DNA of 64,000 bases from an uncultured Candidatus Rokubacteria bacterium (GCA_963758635.1 CAVWWD010000003.1:96001-160000); one strand, 5' to 3'; positions 46,160 to 58,465 are shown, counted from the stretch's first letter. Notes: a model not told the origin generated them from the letters alone. A program made the numbers and translations.

Positions 46160-47575
46160 ATGGCCTCCGGCTCGGCGTCCAGCGCGTCCCACGACGTCGT
46201 CGTCGTCGGCACCGGCCCCGGCGGGTACGTGGCCGCCATCCGGTGCGCGCAGCTCGGTCTCTCCGTGGCCACCGTGGAGGACGATCGACCCGGAGGCGTG
46301 TGCCTGAACTGGGGCTGCATCCCCACCAAGGCCCTGCTGCGGAACGCCGAGGTCGTCTCCCTCGTGAGCCGGGCCCAGGAGTTCGGCGTCACCATCAAGG
46401 AGTGGACCGCCGACTACGCGCAGGCCGTCCAGCGCTCGCGTCGCGTGGCCGACCGCATGTCGAAGGGCGTCGAGTTCCTGTTCAGGAAGAACAAGATCAC
46501 CCACGCGCCGGGCACCGGCCGGCTCAAGGCCAGGAACGTCGTCGAGGTCACGGGCGCGGACGGCACGCGGACGACCCTCGAGGCCAGGAAGGCGGTGATC
46601 CTCGCCACGGGCTCGGAGCCGAAGTCGCTGCCCGGCGTGACCATCGACGAGAAGTCCGTGATCTCCTCGAACGGCGCGGTCCGGAACGAGACGCGACCCG
46701 CGTCGCTCGTGATCATCGGCGCGGGGGCGGTGGGGATGGAGTTCGCGGACGTGTACGCCGCCTACGGCACGGAGGTCACCGTCATCGAGGCCCTGCCGCG
46801 GGTCTTGCCCGTGGAGGACGAGGAGGTGTCGACGCAGATGGCGCGCCTGTTCACGCGCCGGGGCATGACGGTGCGGACGGGCGTCGTGGTCAAGTCGGTG
46901 AAGGCGGCCCGAGGCGGTGTCACCGTCGAGGTCGAGGCCGAGGGGAAGGCGGAGCAGCTCCGCGCGGAGCAGGTCCTGATGGCCGTGGGCCGGGCCGCGC
47001 GCACCCGCGACCTCGGCCTCGAGGCGCTCGGGGTCGCGCTCGAGCGGGGCTTCGTGAAGGCCTCGTCCACGATGGAGACCTCGGTCAAGGGCGTCTACGC
47101 GATCGGCGACATGACGGGCCGCCAGCTCCTGGCCCACAAGGCGATGGCCGAGGGCGTGGTGGCCGCGGAGGCGATCGCGGGGCGCTCCCCCCGCCCCGTG
47201 GACTACGACAACGTCCCGTCCTGCACCTACTGCCGTCCCCAGGTCGCCTCCATCGGGCTGTCGGAAGCGCGCGCCAAGGCGAACGGGCGCGAGATCTCCG
47301 TGGGACGGTTCCCGTTCACGGCCAGCGGCAAGGCGGTGGCCCTCGGTGAGACCGAGGGCTTTCTGAAGGTCGTTGCCGACAAGGCGACGGGGGAGCTACT
47401 GGGCGCGCACATCGTCGGGCCGGAGGCGACCGAGCTGATCCACGAGTTCGCGGTGGGACGCACGCTCGAGGCCACGCTGGAGGAGATCATCCACACGGTG
47501 CACGCGCACCCCACGCTGTCCGAGGCGGCGCTCGAGGCCACGCTGGCCGCGCTCGGCCAGGCCATCCACCTCTGA
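46160..47575 (+). CDS. lpdA: Dihydrolipoyl dehydrogenase E3
   Basis: GGVCLNWGCIPTK, HAHPTLSE. Confidence 0.96.
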   Translation: MASGSASSASHDVVVVGTGPGGYVAAIRCAQLGLSVATVEDDRPGGVCLNWGCIPTKALLRNAEVVSLVSRAQEFGVTIKEWTADYAQAVQRSRRVADRMSKGVEFLFRKNKITHAPGTGRLKARNVVEVTGADGTRTTLEARKAVILATGSEPKSLPGVTIDEKSVISSNGAVRNETRPASLVIIGAGAVGMEFADVYAAYGTEVTVIEALPRVLPVEDEEVSTQMARLFTRRGMTVRTGVVVKSVKAARGGVTVEVEAEGKAEQLRAEQVLMAVGRAARTRDLGLEALGVALERGFVKASSTMETSVKGVYAIGDMTGRQLLAHKAMAEGVVAAEAIAGRSPRPVDYDNVPSCTYCRPQVASIGLSEARAKANGREISVGRFPFTASGKAVALGETEGFLKVVADKATGELLGAHIVGPEATELIHEFAVGRTLEATLEEIIHTVHAHPTLSEAALEATLAALGQAIHL

Positions 47576-47635
47576 GGGCGCCACGGCGCCGCTCGCCCTC
47601 GAGCGACCGGCTCCCGGACGCGTCCCCGACCCCGG

Positions 47636-47950
47636 TCAGTGGTCGGCGCGGCCCTGGTTCATCTCGTCCCGCATCGCCGACTTCCCGGCCTCGAAGGCGG
47701 AGATGAGGCGCTGCGTCTGCTCCTCGAAGTACTCGCGGCTGCGGTCGAAGAGATGCCCGGCCCGCGACTGGACGTCCCCCGCCGTGGCCTGGGCCCGCCG
47801 CCACGCCTCGCCGCCATGCTCGATCAGGAGCTCGCGGGTCTCCTGCCCCGTCCGCGGAGCGAGGAGCATGGCCACGGCGCCGCCCACGATCGCGCCCAGG
47901 AAGAACCAGCCAAGGTAGCTCGCCGCATCGGATCCGTGATCGTTCGCCAT
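47636..47950 (-). CDS. YtxH-domain protein
   Basis: FFLGAIVGGAVAMLLAPRTGQETR. Confidence 0.85.
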   Translation of the reverse strand: MANDHGSDAASYLGWFFLGAIVGGAVAMLLAPRTGQETRELLIEHGGEAWRRAQATAGDVQSRAGHLFDRSREYFEEQTQRLISAFEAGKSAMRDEMNQGRADH

Positions 47951-48014
47951 GCTCTGTTTCCTCCTCCTCGCCCTTCGGGGTGCTGGTTCGGCGCGCGCTT
48001 CGGGGCGTCCGCGG

Positions 48015-48392
48015 TCAGCGGCTCTTCCGGAGCCGCGCGGCGAAGACGTTGAGCCCCTTCTTGACGCCGGCGGCGACTCCCACCATCCGTCCGAGGCTGG
48101 TCACCGCGCTGAGCGCCCCGGCGATGCGCACCACCGCGAGCGACACCTCCTCGACCCGGCGCACGACCACGCTCACGCGGTCGACCTCGCGCGTGACCTG
48201 GCGGGAGAGACCGCGCAGGTCCTCCGCCAAGGCCTCGAGCTGGCTCGCGAGGGGCCGGATCTCGCGCTCCACGAGGCCCAGCACGCTCGCCGCCCGCCGG
48301 GCGGTTTCCCGGACGCTCAGGAGCGCGTAGACGAGGGCCGCGCTCACGGCCACGACGGAGACCACGATAAGCGCTTGCGCCACGGGATGCAC
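48015..48392 (-). CDS. DUF948-like membrane-anchored coiled-coil protein
   Basis: N-terminal TM segment, heptad-rich body, adjacent to the YtxH gene. Confidence 0.6.
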   Translation of the reverse strand: MHPVAQALIVVSVVAVSAALVYALLSVRETARRAASVLGLVEREIRPLASQLEALAEDLRGLSRQVTREVDRVSVVVRRVEEVSLAVVRIAGALSAVTSLGRMVGVAAGVKKGLNVFAARLRKSR

Positions 48393-48458
48393 GGGCGCAG
48401 CGTAAGTCACGCTCCACGCCGAAGTCAACCGGCGACCCGCGAAAGTGCTCGCGGTCGA

Positions 48459-48488
48459 TTGACTTTCCCGTCACCGTCTCCCTATACT
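48459..48488 (+). promoter_or_regulatory. Sigma70-like promoter
   Basis: TTGACT-N18-TATACT upstream of the carboxyltransferase. Confidence 0.6.
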
Positions 48489-48551
48489 TGCCGGCGAGTT
48501 CCCGCCTAGTACGAATCAGACCAGACGCGATCAGGAAGGAGTCGCAGCCGG

Positions 48552-50102
<1,551 letters not shown>

Positions 50103-50118
50103 GCGCGCGGCGTCGAGG

Positions 50119-50212
50119 AGATCCAACCCGCATGCCCCGGACGGGCGAGAAGATCCATCCCGCATGACCCCGGACGGGCGAGAGGATCTCGCATGACCCC
50201 GGACGAGCGAGA
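50119..50212 (+). repeat. Three tandem copies (about 30 bp) of the mutase start region
   Basis: GCATG(A)CCCCGGACG(G/A)GCGAGA at about 50130, 50162 and 50191. Confidence 0.85.
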
Positions 50213-51863
50213 ACGCATCGACGAGGCGCACCGCGCCTGGGAGGCCCGCGTCCTCCGTCCGGCCCTCGCCAGGTCGCCCGAGCGCCCGGGGCCGTTCGCG
50301 ACCTCCGGTGGCGCGCCCGTCGAGCGCCTGTACTCACCCGCCGACCCGCCGGGCCCCGACTACGTGGCCGACCTTGGCTTCCCCGGCGAGTACCCGTTCA
50401 CGCGCGGCGTGCAGCCCACCATGTACCGCGGCCGCCTGTGGACGATGCGTCAGTACGCGGGGTTTGGCTCGGCGACGGAGACGAACCGGCGCTACCGCTA
50501 TCTCCTCGAGCAAGGCCAGACCGGGCTCAGCGTGGCGTTCGACCTGCCCACCCAGATGGGGTACGACGCCGACCACGCGATGGCGCGCAGCGAGGTGGGC
50601 AAGGTCGGCGTGGCCATCTCGAGCATCGACGACGCGCTCGACCTGTTCGACGGCATCCCGCTCGACCGCGCGTCCACGTCGATGACGATCAACGCCACCG
50701 CCGCCATCCTCCTGTGCCTGTACGTGGCCGTGGCGGCGCGGCAGGGCGTGGCGTCGGAGCGCCTGTCCGGCACCGTGCAGAACGACATCCTGAAGGAGTA
50801 CATCGCGCGGGGCACGTACATCTTCCCGCCCGGCCCCTCCCTGCGGCTGATCACCGACACGTTCGCGTTCTGCAAGGACCGCGTGCCGCGCTGGAACACG
50901 ATCTCGATCTCGGGGTACCACATCCGCGAGGCGGGATGCACGGCGGCGCAGGAGGTGGGCTTCACGCTCGCCAACGCCATCGCCTACGTGGGCGCGGCCA
51001 TCGACGCCGGGCTATCGGTGGATGAGTTCGCCCCGCAGCTGTCCTTCTTCTTCAACGCCCACAACAACCTGATCGAGGAGGTGGCGAAGTTCCGGGCGGC
51101 GCGGCGGCTCTGGGCGCGGCTCATGCGCGAGCGCTTCCACGCGCGGGACCCGCGCTCCCTCGCCCTGCGCTTCCACGCCCAGACGGCGGGGAGCATGCTG
51201 ACGGCCCAGCAGCCCGAGAACAACATCGTCCGCGTGACCGTCCAGGCCCTCGCCGCCGTCCTCGGGGGCTGCCAGTCGCTGCACACGAACTCGATGGACG
51301 AGGCGCTCTCGCTCCCGGGCGAGGAGTCGGTGCGCATCGCGCTGCGGACCCAGCAGATCCTCGCGCACGAGTCGGGGGTTGCCGACACCATCGACCCGCT
51401 CGGCGGATCGTTCGCGGTGGAGCGGCTGACCGGCCAGATCGAGGAGGAGGCGCAGGCCTACATCGCCAAGATCGACGGCTTCGGGGGCGCGGTCCACGCC
51501 ATCTCGTTCATGCAGCGGGAGATCCAGGAGGCGGCCTACCGCTACCAGCAGGAGGTCGAGTCCCGGACCCGGATCGTCGTCGGCGTCAACGAGTTCACGA
51601 TCGACGAGCCGCCGCCCGGCGACCTCTTCCAGGTCGACCCCGCGGTGGGCGAGCGGCTGACCGAGCGGCTCGCGAAGCTCCGCGCGCGGCGGGACGCCGA
51701 CCGCGCCCGGCGCGCCCTCGACGCGGTGGACGGCGCGGCCCGCGGCGACGCGAACCTCCTCGTGCCCATTCTCGAGGCGATCGAGGCCTCGGTGACCCTC
51801 GGTGAGATCTGTGACGCGCTGCGAGCCGTCTTCGGTGTCCACCAGCCGTCGGTCACCTTCTAG
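50193..51863 (+). CDS. Methylmalonyl-CoA mutase, large substrate-binding subunit (no B12-binding domain)
   Basis: [54 protein letters not shown]. Confidence 0.92.
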   Translation: MTPDERERIDEAHRAWEARVLRPALARSPERPGPFATSGGAPVERLYSPADPPGPDYVADLGFPGEYPFTRGVQPTMYRGRLWTMRQYAGFGSATETNRRYRYLLEQGQTGLSVAFDLPTQMGYDADHAMARSEVGKVGVAISSIDDALDLFDGIPLDRASTSMTINATAAILLCLYVAVAARQGVASERLSGTVQNDILKEYIARGTYIFPPGPSLRLITDTFAFCKDRVPRWNTISISGYHIREAGCTAAQEVGFTLANAIAYVGAAIDAGLSVDEFAPQLSFFFNAHNNLIEEVAKFRAARRLWARLMRERFHARDPRSLALRFHAQTAGSMLTAQQPENNIVRVTVQALAAVLGGCQSLHTNSMDEALSLPGEESVRIALRTQQILAHESGVADTIDPLGGSFAVERLTGQIEEEAQAYIAKIDGFGGAVHAISFMQREIQEAAYRYQQEVESRTRIVVGVNEFTIDEPPPGDLFQVDPAVGERLTERLAKLRARRDADRARRALDAVDGAARGDANLLVPILEAIEASVTLGEICDALRAVFGVHQPSVTF

Positions 51864-52699
51864 TGAGCCATTCGCGAATGATGCGGACCGATCGCCGGCG
51901 GCGCGCGGGCGCCGTCGCCGCGCTCCTGGCCGCCATCCTCCTGGCTGCCGCGCCCGCGGCGGCCGGCATCGCCGACCAGGTCGGGGCGACCTTCGGCCTC
52001 ATGCTCCAGGACGTGGTCGCCGCGTTCCCCGCGGTCGAAGGGCTCGTGCTCGCGGTGGACGGCGATCGGCTCTTCCTCGACCTCACCGAGCGCGACGGCG
52101 TGCGGCCAGGCCAGGAGTTCACGATCTTCCGCAAGGGCGACGTGTTCCGGCATCCCGTGACGGGGCAGCGCCTCGGGCGGTTCGAGGACACCCTGGGCCA
52201 CGCGCGCGTGAAGCAGGTGCAGGCCGGCTTCAGCGAGGCGGTGCTGGTGCCGGCCAACGGCGCGCCGGGCATCCGCCCGGAGGACGGGGTGCGGATCACG
52301 CGCGGTCGCCTCCGCGTGGCGGTGCCGCCCGCGGTGGACCTCACCCGGGCCCAGGCCGACCTGCGCCGCGTGCCCTACATGCTGGCCTTCGGACTGGACC
52401 AGACCAAGCGCTTCCAGTCCAGCGATCCCGCCGTGGTGCGCGAGCTGCTCCTCAACCAGCACACGAAAGTGGAGGAGCTGCTCGTCCGGCCCGAGAAGGT
52501 GGTCGCGCTCAGCCGGGCGCTCGAGGTGTCGGGCTGGCTGATCCCCGTCCTCATCGAGCGGGGGAACGCCATCTATCTGGACGTGACCTGGATTTCCGGC
52601 GTGACGGGGATGCCGCTCTTCTCCCGGCGCCTGTCCCTCGTCCGGGCGGAGTCGGCGACGGAGCAGCGCTTCCCATGGGAGCCGCGCGCCGAGGACTAG
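51863..52699 (+). CDS. Secreted hypothetical protein with FlgT-C-like domain
   Basis: Signal peptide; FRKGDVFRHPVTGQRLG..LG.ARV..VQ..FS. Confidence 0.65.
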   Translation: MSHSRMMRTDRRRRAGAVAALLAAILLAAAPAAAGIADQVGATFGLMLQDVVAAFPAVEGLVLAVDGDRLFLDLTERDGVRPGQEFTIFRKGDVFRHPVTGQRLGRFEDTLGHARVKQVQAGFSEAVLVPANGAPGIRPEDGVRITRGRLRVAVPPAVDLTRAQADLRRVPYMLAFGLDQTKRFQSSDPAVVRELLLNQHTKVEELLVRPEKVVALSRALEVSGWLIPVLIERGNAIYLDVTWISGVTGMPLFSRRLSLVRAESATEQRFPWEPRAED

Positions 52700-52743
52700 G
52701 GGACCGTTCCCGGCCTCGCGCGATCTGGTATGCTCAGACGGCC

Positions 52744-53466
52744 ATGAAGCGCCGCGCCTGCATTTGCCTGGGGCTCGGGCTCTGCCTCACCGCGACGGTG
52801 TCGTCGGGATGCGTGAGTTTCCAGGAGCTCATCGGATTACCCAAGCAGAGCGATCCCAGCGTCGAGATCAGGTCGGCGGAGCCCAAGTGGCTCCTCATCA
52901 AGAACCCCCGTTTCGGTGACGTCCCCAGCGAGCCCGAGTACATCTGGGTGGAGGAGGACAAGATGCCGACCACGATGAAGACGCTCGTGTTCGGCAAGTC
53001 CAGTCTCATCGCGCCCCCGGAGATCGTGGCCAAGTACGGCTCGCCCCCGGGCGGGGGACGGATCAGCCCCCGGCAGAAGGTGCCCATCGCCGTCGACGGC
53101 GCCGCGAACACCAGCACCGCGTCGCGGCCCGCGCCGGGGGCTCAGCGTCCCGCGACGCCCGCCGGCACTGCCGCCACGCCTCCGGAGCCGGCGCCGGCCC
53201 GCGGCTTCGTGGTCTTCGTGGACAGCCCCCGCGTCGTCATCGACCTCACCGCCAAGGACGGGGTGCGCACGGGCGCCCTCGTGAGCTTCCGGCGCGATCG
53301 GATCCCCATCGTCCATCCCGTGACCGGGGAGCTCCTGGGCGAGCTCGACGAGGAGCTGGCCACCGGAAAGGTCACGGAGGTGCGTGACAAGTTCTCGGTG
53401 GTGGAGGTGCAGAGCGTGGCCCCCGGGGTCGCGCTGCAGGTCAAGGATCGCGTGGTCGTCCGGTGA
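52744..53466 (+). CDS. Hypothetical lipoprotein with C-terminal FlgT-C-like domain
   Basis: SSGC lipobox; IVHPVTGELLG..LATGKVTEV..KFS; TGGTATGCT extended -10 just upstream. Confidence 0.65.
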   Translation: MKRRACICLGLGLCLTATVSSGCVSFQELIGLPKQSDPSVEIRSAEPKWLLIKNPRFGDVPSEPEYIWVEEDKMPTTMKTLVFGKSSLIAPPEIVAKYGSPPGGGRISPRQKVPIAVDGAANTSTASRPAPGAQRPATPAGTAATPPEPAPARGFVVFVDSPRVVIDLTAKDGVRTGALVSFRRDRIPIVHPVTGELLGELDEELATGKVTEVRDKFSVVEVQSVAPGVALQVKDRVVVR

Positions 53467-54482
53467 CGCCCTCGCGCCCCGCGACGCCCGGCAGCCCGCT
53501 GGAAGCCCTGCTCAAGGAGCGCGTGGCCCTCGTGATCGGCGCGGAGATGCGCGCCATCGAGGAGGAGATCGGTCGCGAGATCCGCTCGCCCGTCGCGCTC
53601 ATCGAGGAGATGGGCGAGTTCATCGCCGGCGCGGGGGGCAAGCGCCTTCGGCCCATCCTCCTCCTGATGGCGGCGCGGCTCGCCGGCTACTCCGGGCCGC
53701 GGGCCGTCCGCATGGGATGCGTGGTGGAGCTCCTGCACACCGCCACCCTCATCCACGACGACGTGGTGGACCAGGCGCCGCTACGCCGCGGCCGGCCCTC
53801 GGCGAACGCGCGATGGGGCGACGACGCGTCGATCCTGGTGGGGGACCACCTCTACTCGAAGTCGTTCGCGCTCATGGTCGAGGACGGGGATCCCGCCGTG
53901 CTCGCGACGCTGGCCCGCGCCACCGTCTCGATGACGGAGGCCGAGGTCTTTCAGCTCGAGCGCAAGCGGAGCGGCACGACGACCGAGGCGGATTACCTGC
54001 GCATCATCACGCAGAAGACCGCGTCGTTCATCTCCGCGTGCTGCCGGATCGGCGCGCTCCTCGGAGGGGCGACCGGCGAGCGGCTCGAGGCCCTGACGCG
54101 CTACGGCCTCGAGATCGGCATCGCGTTCCAGATCAGCGACGACTCGCTCGACTTCGTGGCCGACGAGGCGCGGTTCGGCAAGGCCATCGGCGCCGACCTG
54201 CGCGAGGGCAAGCGGACGCTGCCGCTCATCGCCGCCCTCGATCGCGCGTCGCCGGTGGAGCGGGACCGCGTCCAGGCTCTCCTCAAGACGCACGCCCTCG
54301 AGCCCGGCGAGATCGAGGAGATCCGCCAGCTCGTGGTCCAGTACGACGGGGTCGAGTACGCGCTCGAGCGCGCGCACGCATACGCGCGCTCCGCGAAGGA
54401 CGGCCTGCGGGCGTTCCCGGCCTCCGAGCACCGCGAGACCCTGGCGCTGATCGCCGACTTCGTCGTCGATCGCGACCGGTAG
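53463..54482 (+). CDS. Polyprenyl diphosphate synthase (IspB-like)
   Basis: GGKRLRP, LIHDDVVD...RRG, KTA, FQISDDSLD, GK..GADLREGKRTLP. Confidence 0.93.
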   Translation: MTPSRPATPGSPLEALLKERVALVIGAEMRAIEEEIGREIRSPVALIEEMGEFIAGAGGKRLRPILLLMAARLAGYSGPRAVRMGCVVELLHTATLIHDDVVDQAPLRRGRPSANARWGDDASILVGDHLYSKSFALMVEDGDPAVLATLARATVSMTEAEVFQLERKRSGTTTEADYLRIITQKTASFISACCRIGALLGGATGERLEALTRYGLEIGIAFQISDDSLDFVADEARFGKAIGADLREGKRTLPLIAALDRASPVERDRVQALLKTHALEPGEIEEIRQLVVQYDGVEYALERAHAYARSAKDGLRAFPASEHRETLALIADFVVDRDR

Positions 54483-54488
54483 CTCCCC

Positions 54489-55304
54489 ACGGCCCCCGCC
54501 GATCCCGGTCGGGTCCCCATCGTCACGCTCACGACCGACTTCGGCCTCCGGGACCCCTGGGTGGGCGTCATGAAGGGCGTCATCCTCGGCATCTGCCCGC
54601 GCGCCCGCCTGGTCGACCTCACCCACGAGGTGCCCGCTCACAACGTCGTCGCCGGCCAGCTCGCGCTGGAGGCCGCCGTGCCGTACTTCCCTCCCGGCAC
54701 CGTGCACGTCGCCGTGGTGGACCCGGGGGTCGGCGGCCAGCGGCGTCCCATCGCGGTCGAGGCGGGCGGGCAGGTCTTCGTGGGGCCCGACAACGGCCTG
54801 TTCACGTTCGTCTTCTCGAGCGGAGGATGGTCGGCGGTGGCGCTCGAGTCGGCGGAGGCCCGGCTCCCCAGGGTGAGCGCGACCTTTCACGGGCGGGACG
54901 TGTTCGCCCCCGCGGCCGCGCACCTGGCGTGCGGCGTTTCCGTGGCGCAGCTCGGGCCCCCGGTGAAGGATCCCGTGCGCCGGCCGCTGCCGGCGGCGCG
55001 CCGCGACGGCTCGCGGCTGGTCGGGGAGGTCATCGCGGCCGACCGGTTCGGCAACCTGATCACGTCGGTGACGGCCGGGGACCTCGATCGCCTGGACGGG
55101 GCGGGCCCCCTCGAGATCAGCGTGGGCGGGCGCGCGGTGGGCGCGCCGCTGGCCGCGTATGCCGCGGCCGAGCCGGGGCGCCCCGCGGTGATCATGGGCT
55201 CCAGTGAGCGGCTGGAGGTCTTCGTCCGCGAGGGGAACGCGTCGGCGGCGCTGGGCGCCGGGCGGGGTACGCCGATCGTCGTGTCGCGCCGCGATGGCGC
55301 CTGA
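54489..55304 (+). CDS. SAM hydroxide adenosyltransferase / chlorinase-fluorinase family (DUF62); start codon unclear
   Basis: [37 protein letters not shown]. Confidence 0.9.
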   Translation, partial: TAPADPGRVPIVTLTTDFGLRDPWVGVMKGVILGICPRARLVDLTHEVPAHNVVAGQLALEAAVPYFPPGTVHVAVVDPGVGGQRRPIAVEAGGQVFVGPDNGLFTFVFSSGGWSAVALESAEARLPRVSATFHGRDVFAPAAAHLACGVSVAQLGPPVKDPVRRPLPAARRDGSRLVGEVIAADRFGNLITSVTAGDLDRLDGAGPLEISVGGRAVGAPLAAYAAAEPGRPAVIMGSSERLEVFVREGNASAALGAGRGTPIVVSRRDGA

Positions 55305-55310
55305 GCGCGG

Positions 55311-55787
55311 CTAGGTCGAGTCGCTCTTGGTCGAATCGCTCTTCGTGGAGCCGGACTTGGGGCCGGACTTGGGGCCGGACTTGGAGCCGGAGGAGTCCCC
55401 GCTGCTCGAGGACTTCAACGAGCTGGAGGAGTCGGAGGAAGACTTCGACGAGCTGGACGAGTCGGAGGAGGACGAGGAGTCGGAGGAAGACTTCGACGAG
55501 CTGGAGGAGTCGGAGGAAGAAGAGCTGCCGCTTTCGCCCGTGCTAGACTTCCCATCGGTCGTGCTCGACCCGCCGGAAGACTCCGACTTCATGGCCTGCT
55601 TGCGGGACTCCGACGGGTAATCGGTCACGTACCAGCCGCCGCCCTTGAGGATGAACGGCGTGGCCGAGAGCAGGCGGCGGACGGGTCCGCCGCAGCGATC
55701 GCAGGCGGTCAGCGCGGGCTCCGAGATGCGCTGGCGGATCTCGAACGTCCGTGGGCACTTGGGGCACTCGTACTCGTACGTAGGCAC
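55311..55787 (-). CDS. FmdB family zinc-ribbon protein with Ser-rich tail
   Basis: MPTYEYECPKC..CDRCGG..FILKGGGWYVTDY. Confidence 0.9.
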   Translation of the reverse strand: MPTYEYECPKCPRTFEIRQRISEPALTACDRCGGPVRRLLSATPFILKGGGWYVTDYPSESRKQAMKSESSGGSSTTDGKSSTGESGSSSSSDSSSSSKSSSDSSSSSDSSSSSKSSSDSSSSLKSSSSGDSSGSKSGPKSGPKSGSTKSDSTKSDST

Positions 55788-55802
55788 GAACTCAAGCGAT
55801 AC

Positions 55803-56489
55803 ATGGGAATCCTGACGCTGTCAAGGAAGGCGACCGTCCTCGTCTGCTTCGTGGGCGTGGTCTCGCTTGCCGGCTGCGCCGCTGCCGAGAAGGAAAAGGA
55901 AGTGCAGCGGCTGCAGGCCCAGGCCGCCTACGAGCAGGCGATGAAGAACCTCCAGGACAAGCGCGTGTCCCTGGGCCTCGCGTCGCTCCAGCAGGCCATC
56001 TCCCTCGATCCCGAGAACGCGGTATACCGGAACGCTCTCGGCGTCGTGTTCCTGGACCTCCGGCGCCCAGTGGACGCCCAGGCGGAGTTTCAGAAGGCCG
56101 TCGATCTGAATCCGAGCTACGCGGAGGCCCAGCACAACCTGGGGCTCGCCCAGGCGGAGCAGGGAAAGCACGAGCAGGCGATCGCCGGCTATCGAAAGGC
56201 CTTGACCCTTCCGACGTATACCACCCCCGAGGTGGCCTATAACAACATGGGGAATTCCTACTTCTCGATGGGCAAATTCAAGGAGGCCGAGGAGTCCTAT
56301 CGCGCCGCGCTGCAGCTGAACGGGCGACTGCCCTCGGCCCTGTACGGGCTCGGCATGTCGCTGTCCCGGCAGGGCCGTCCGGAGGAGGCCAAGGCGGCAC
56401 TCTCCGCTGCGCGGGACGTGGACGCGTCGTCGCCGTTCGGCCAGGCTGCGGCCGAGGCCCTCAAAGGCCTCGGCGTCGCCCCGAAGTAA
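55803..56489 (+). CDS. TPR lipoprotein (PilF/PilW-like)
   Basis: LAGC lipobox, TPR repeats, LPTYTTPEVAYNNMG. Confidence 0.75.
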   Translation: MGILTLSRKATVLVCFVGVVSLAGCAAAEKEKEVQRLQAQAAYEQAMKNLQDKRVSLGLASLQQAISLDPENAVYRNALGVVFLDLRRPVDAQAEFQKAVDLNPSYAEAQHNLGLAQAEQGKHEQAIAGYRKALTLPTYTTPEVAYNNMGNSYFSMGKFKEAEESYRAALQLNGRLPSALYGLGMSLSRQGRPEEAKAALSAARDVDASSPFGQAAAEALKGLGVAPK

Positions 56490-56738
56490 GCCTCCGAACA
56501 GCCTCCTGACTGGCAGCTTTTTTCTTGACCTGCCGGCGGCCACTACGGTAAAAAGCCCCAGGCTACGACGTATCTGCATGTCCCCCGACCGGGGACGAAA
56601 AACAGCGAAGGAGGTGGGGCCGGCAGCGGACGACTCCTGCCATGCCGTGAAGCACCCGTTGTAGCGCGTACCCGGTTGCCTTGGAACGCTCGGAAATCGA
56701 CGTAAGAAGCCCAAACCTTCAGCATGAGGAGCCAGTAA

Positions 56739-58352
56739 ATGAGAAGGGTTCTCACCCTCGCTATCATCGGTCTGACCGTCCTCGGGGTCGCCGTCCCCGG
56801 CGCGTGGGCACAGCCCGTAGCGCCCGCCCCGCAGGTGACGATCACAGGCTTCCTGGACACGGTCACCGCTTGGAGCAAGAACCTCCAGGACAACCTGTTC
56901 TACCGCACGGGCGACAAGGAGTGGTACGCCAGGAACCGCGGCCGGGTGGACATCGTCGGCTCGCTCGGCACGGCCAAGTTCGTGATGGGAATCGAGATCG
57001 ACACCGTGTGGGGCACCACCTCGGTGGGCGGGCAGGACAACAACCTCACCGCCGGCGGTGTCGGCGCTCAGCACTCCGGCGCGACCAGCGCCTTCGACCT
57101 GAACACGGACACGCAGGGCTCCATCGAGATGAAGTGGCTCTACACGGAGTTCGCGCTTCCGTTTATGCCCTTCCCCTCGATCCTGCGGATCGGCGCTCAG
57201 CCTTTCGCCACGCAGTACAAGCTGGCGGCCTATGCCAACGGTGACTTCGCCGGCGTGAACCTCGACCTGAACTTCACGCCGAACCTCAAGGGCCACCTGA
57301 CGTACGTGGCCGTCGAGGAGAACCTGACGGGCAGCCGCCGGAACCTCGGCTTCGGCCGTGGGGACGACTGGGCGGTCATCGCGAGCGTCGAGGTGACCCC
57401 GCTCAAGGGCCTGGACATCCGGCCCATCTACAGCTACTTCTCGGCCACGGGCTCGACCAGTGCCTCGGCGCGCGCCAGCGTCGGCGGCATCGGCGGCTCT
57501 CCGGCCTTCACGCGCGGCGCCATCGGCGGCGTCGGCGGTCTCGGGCTGCTAGAGGAGCGTCACACGGTCGGCGTGGACGCCCGGTGGCGGTGGGGCGCGT
57601 TCTCGCTGGACCCGACCTTCTTCTACCAGTTCGGGACCCGCGAGGCCGACAACCCATTCGGCCCCGCGGTGAACTCCAACACAAGCAAGGCCGACATCAG
57701 CGCATTCTTCGCCGACGTGATCGGCGGCTGGCGGATCGGGCCCCTGCTCCTCGAGGCCCGGGCCATGTACACCACTGGCAACCGTCCGAAGGACCAGCTG
57801 AGCGAGAACATCAACTACTACCAGCCCCTCAACACCGACACGAGCTACTGGGGCGCGGGCTGGGGTGAGATCTTGTCCCTCGGTATCGACTACTTCAGCG
57901 GTGCGATCAAGGGGCTCGGCTCTGGGATCGGCTTCGACCGCTACGGCCGCCAGCAGTTCGCGCTGCGCGCCATCTACAGCGTGACGCCGGCCTTCGACGT
58001 GCGCGTGGTGGCCTCGCCGGCGTGGACGGCTCGGTCGGTCGACACCGACGGCACCACGCCGACGTTCGGCACGGGCGGCACGAGCGGCAACCTGCTCTGC
58101 GCCACCCACACGGCCAACTCTACGGCCAACCCGCGGGGCGCTGGCTGTAACGGTGACGCCAGCTACATCGGCACCGAGGCGAACGTGGGTATCACGTGGC
58201 GCTTCGCGCCCGGCCTGACGTTCGACCTGGTCGGCGCCATGCTCTTCGCGGGCGACGCGCTCGACAGCTCCGAGGTCCTCAACGGCGTCCTGACGAAGAA
58301 GGACTCGAAGAACGTCTACACGATCGCCAGCCGCGTCCGCTACAGCTTCTAG
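56739..58352 (+). CDS. Outer-membrane beta-barrel (porin-like) protein
   Basis: Signal peptide ending AWA, amphipathic strands, C-terminal VRYSF; strong RBS. Confidence 0.75.
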   Translation: MRRVLTLAIIGLTVLGVAVPGAWAQPVAPAPQVTITGFLDTVTAWSKNLQDNLFYRTGDKEWYARNRGRVDIVGSLGTAKFVMGIEIDTVWGTTSVGGQDNNLTAGGVGAQHSGATSAFDLNTDTQGSIEMKWLYTEFALPFMPFPSILRIGAQPFATQYKLAAYANGDFAGVNLDLNFTPNLKGHLTYVAVEENLTGSRRNLGFGRGDDWAVIASVEVTPLKGLDIRPIYSYFSATGSTSASARASVGGIGGSPAFTRGAIGGVGGLGLLEERHTVGVDARWRWGAFSLDPTFFYQFGTREADNPFGPAVNSNTSKADISAFFADVIGGWRIGPLLLEARAMYTTGNRPKDQLSENINYYQPLNTDTSYWGAGWGEILSLGIDYFSGAIKGLGSGIGFDRYGRQQFALRAIYSVTPAFDVRVVASPAWTARSVDTDGTTPTFGTGGTSGNLLCATHTANSTANPRGAGCNGDASYIGTEANVGITWRFAPGLTFDLVGAMLFAGDALDSSEVLNGVLTKKDSKNVYTIASRVRYSF

Positions 58353-58373
58353 CGGATAGGTCGTCGGTCATCG

Positions 58374-58409
58374 CGGGGCATGGGGGAAACCCCATGCCCC
58401 GTCGTTTTT
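58374..58409 (+). terminator. Intrinsic terminator
   Basis: CGGGGCATGGGG-GAAA-CCCCATGCCCCG followed by TCGTTTTT. Confidence 0.8.
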
Positions 58410-58465
58410 CTGCGATGCCGGCCGGTTGCCCCGTGCCCGGCCGGGCAGTATAGTGGGCGGGTAAC

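Noticed and set aside
50193..51863. Mutase lacking the cobalamin-binding domain as a truncated gene
   Set aside because: Split large/small-subunit mutases are well known; the small subunit is probably encoded elsewhere
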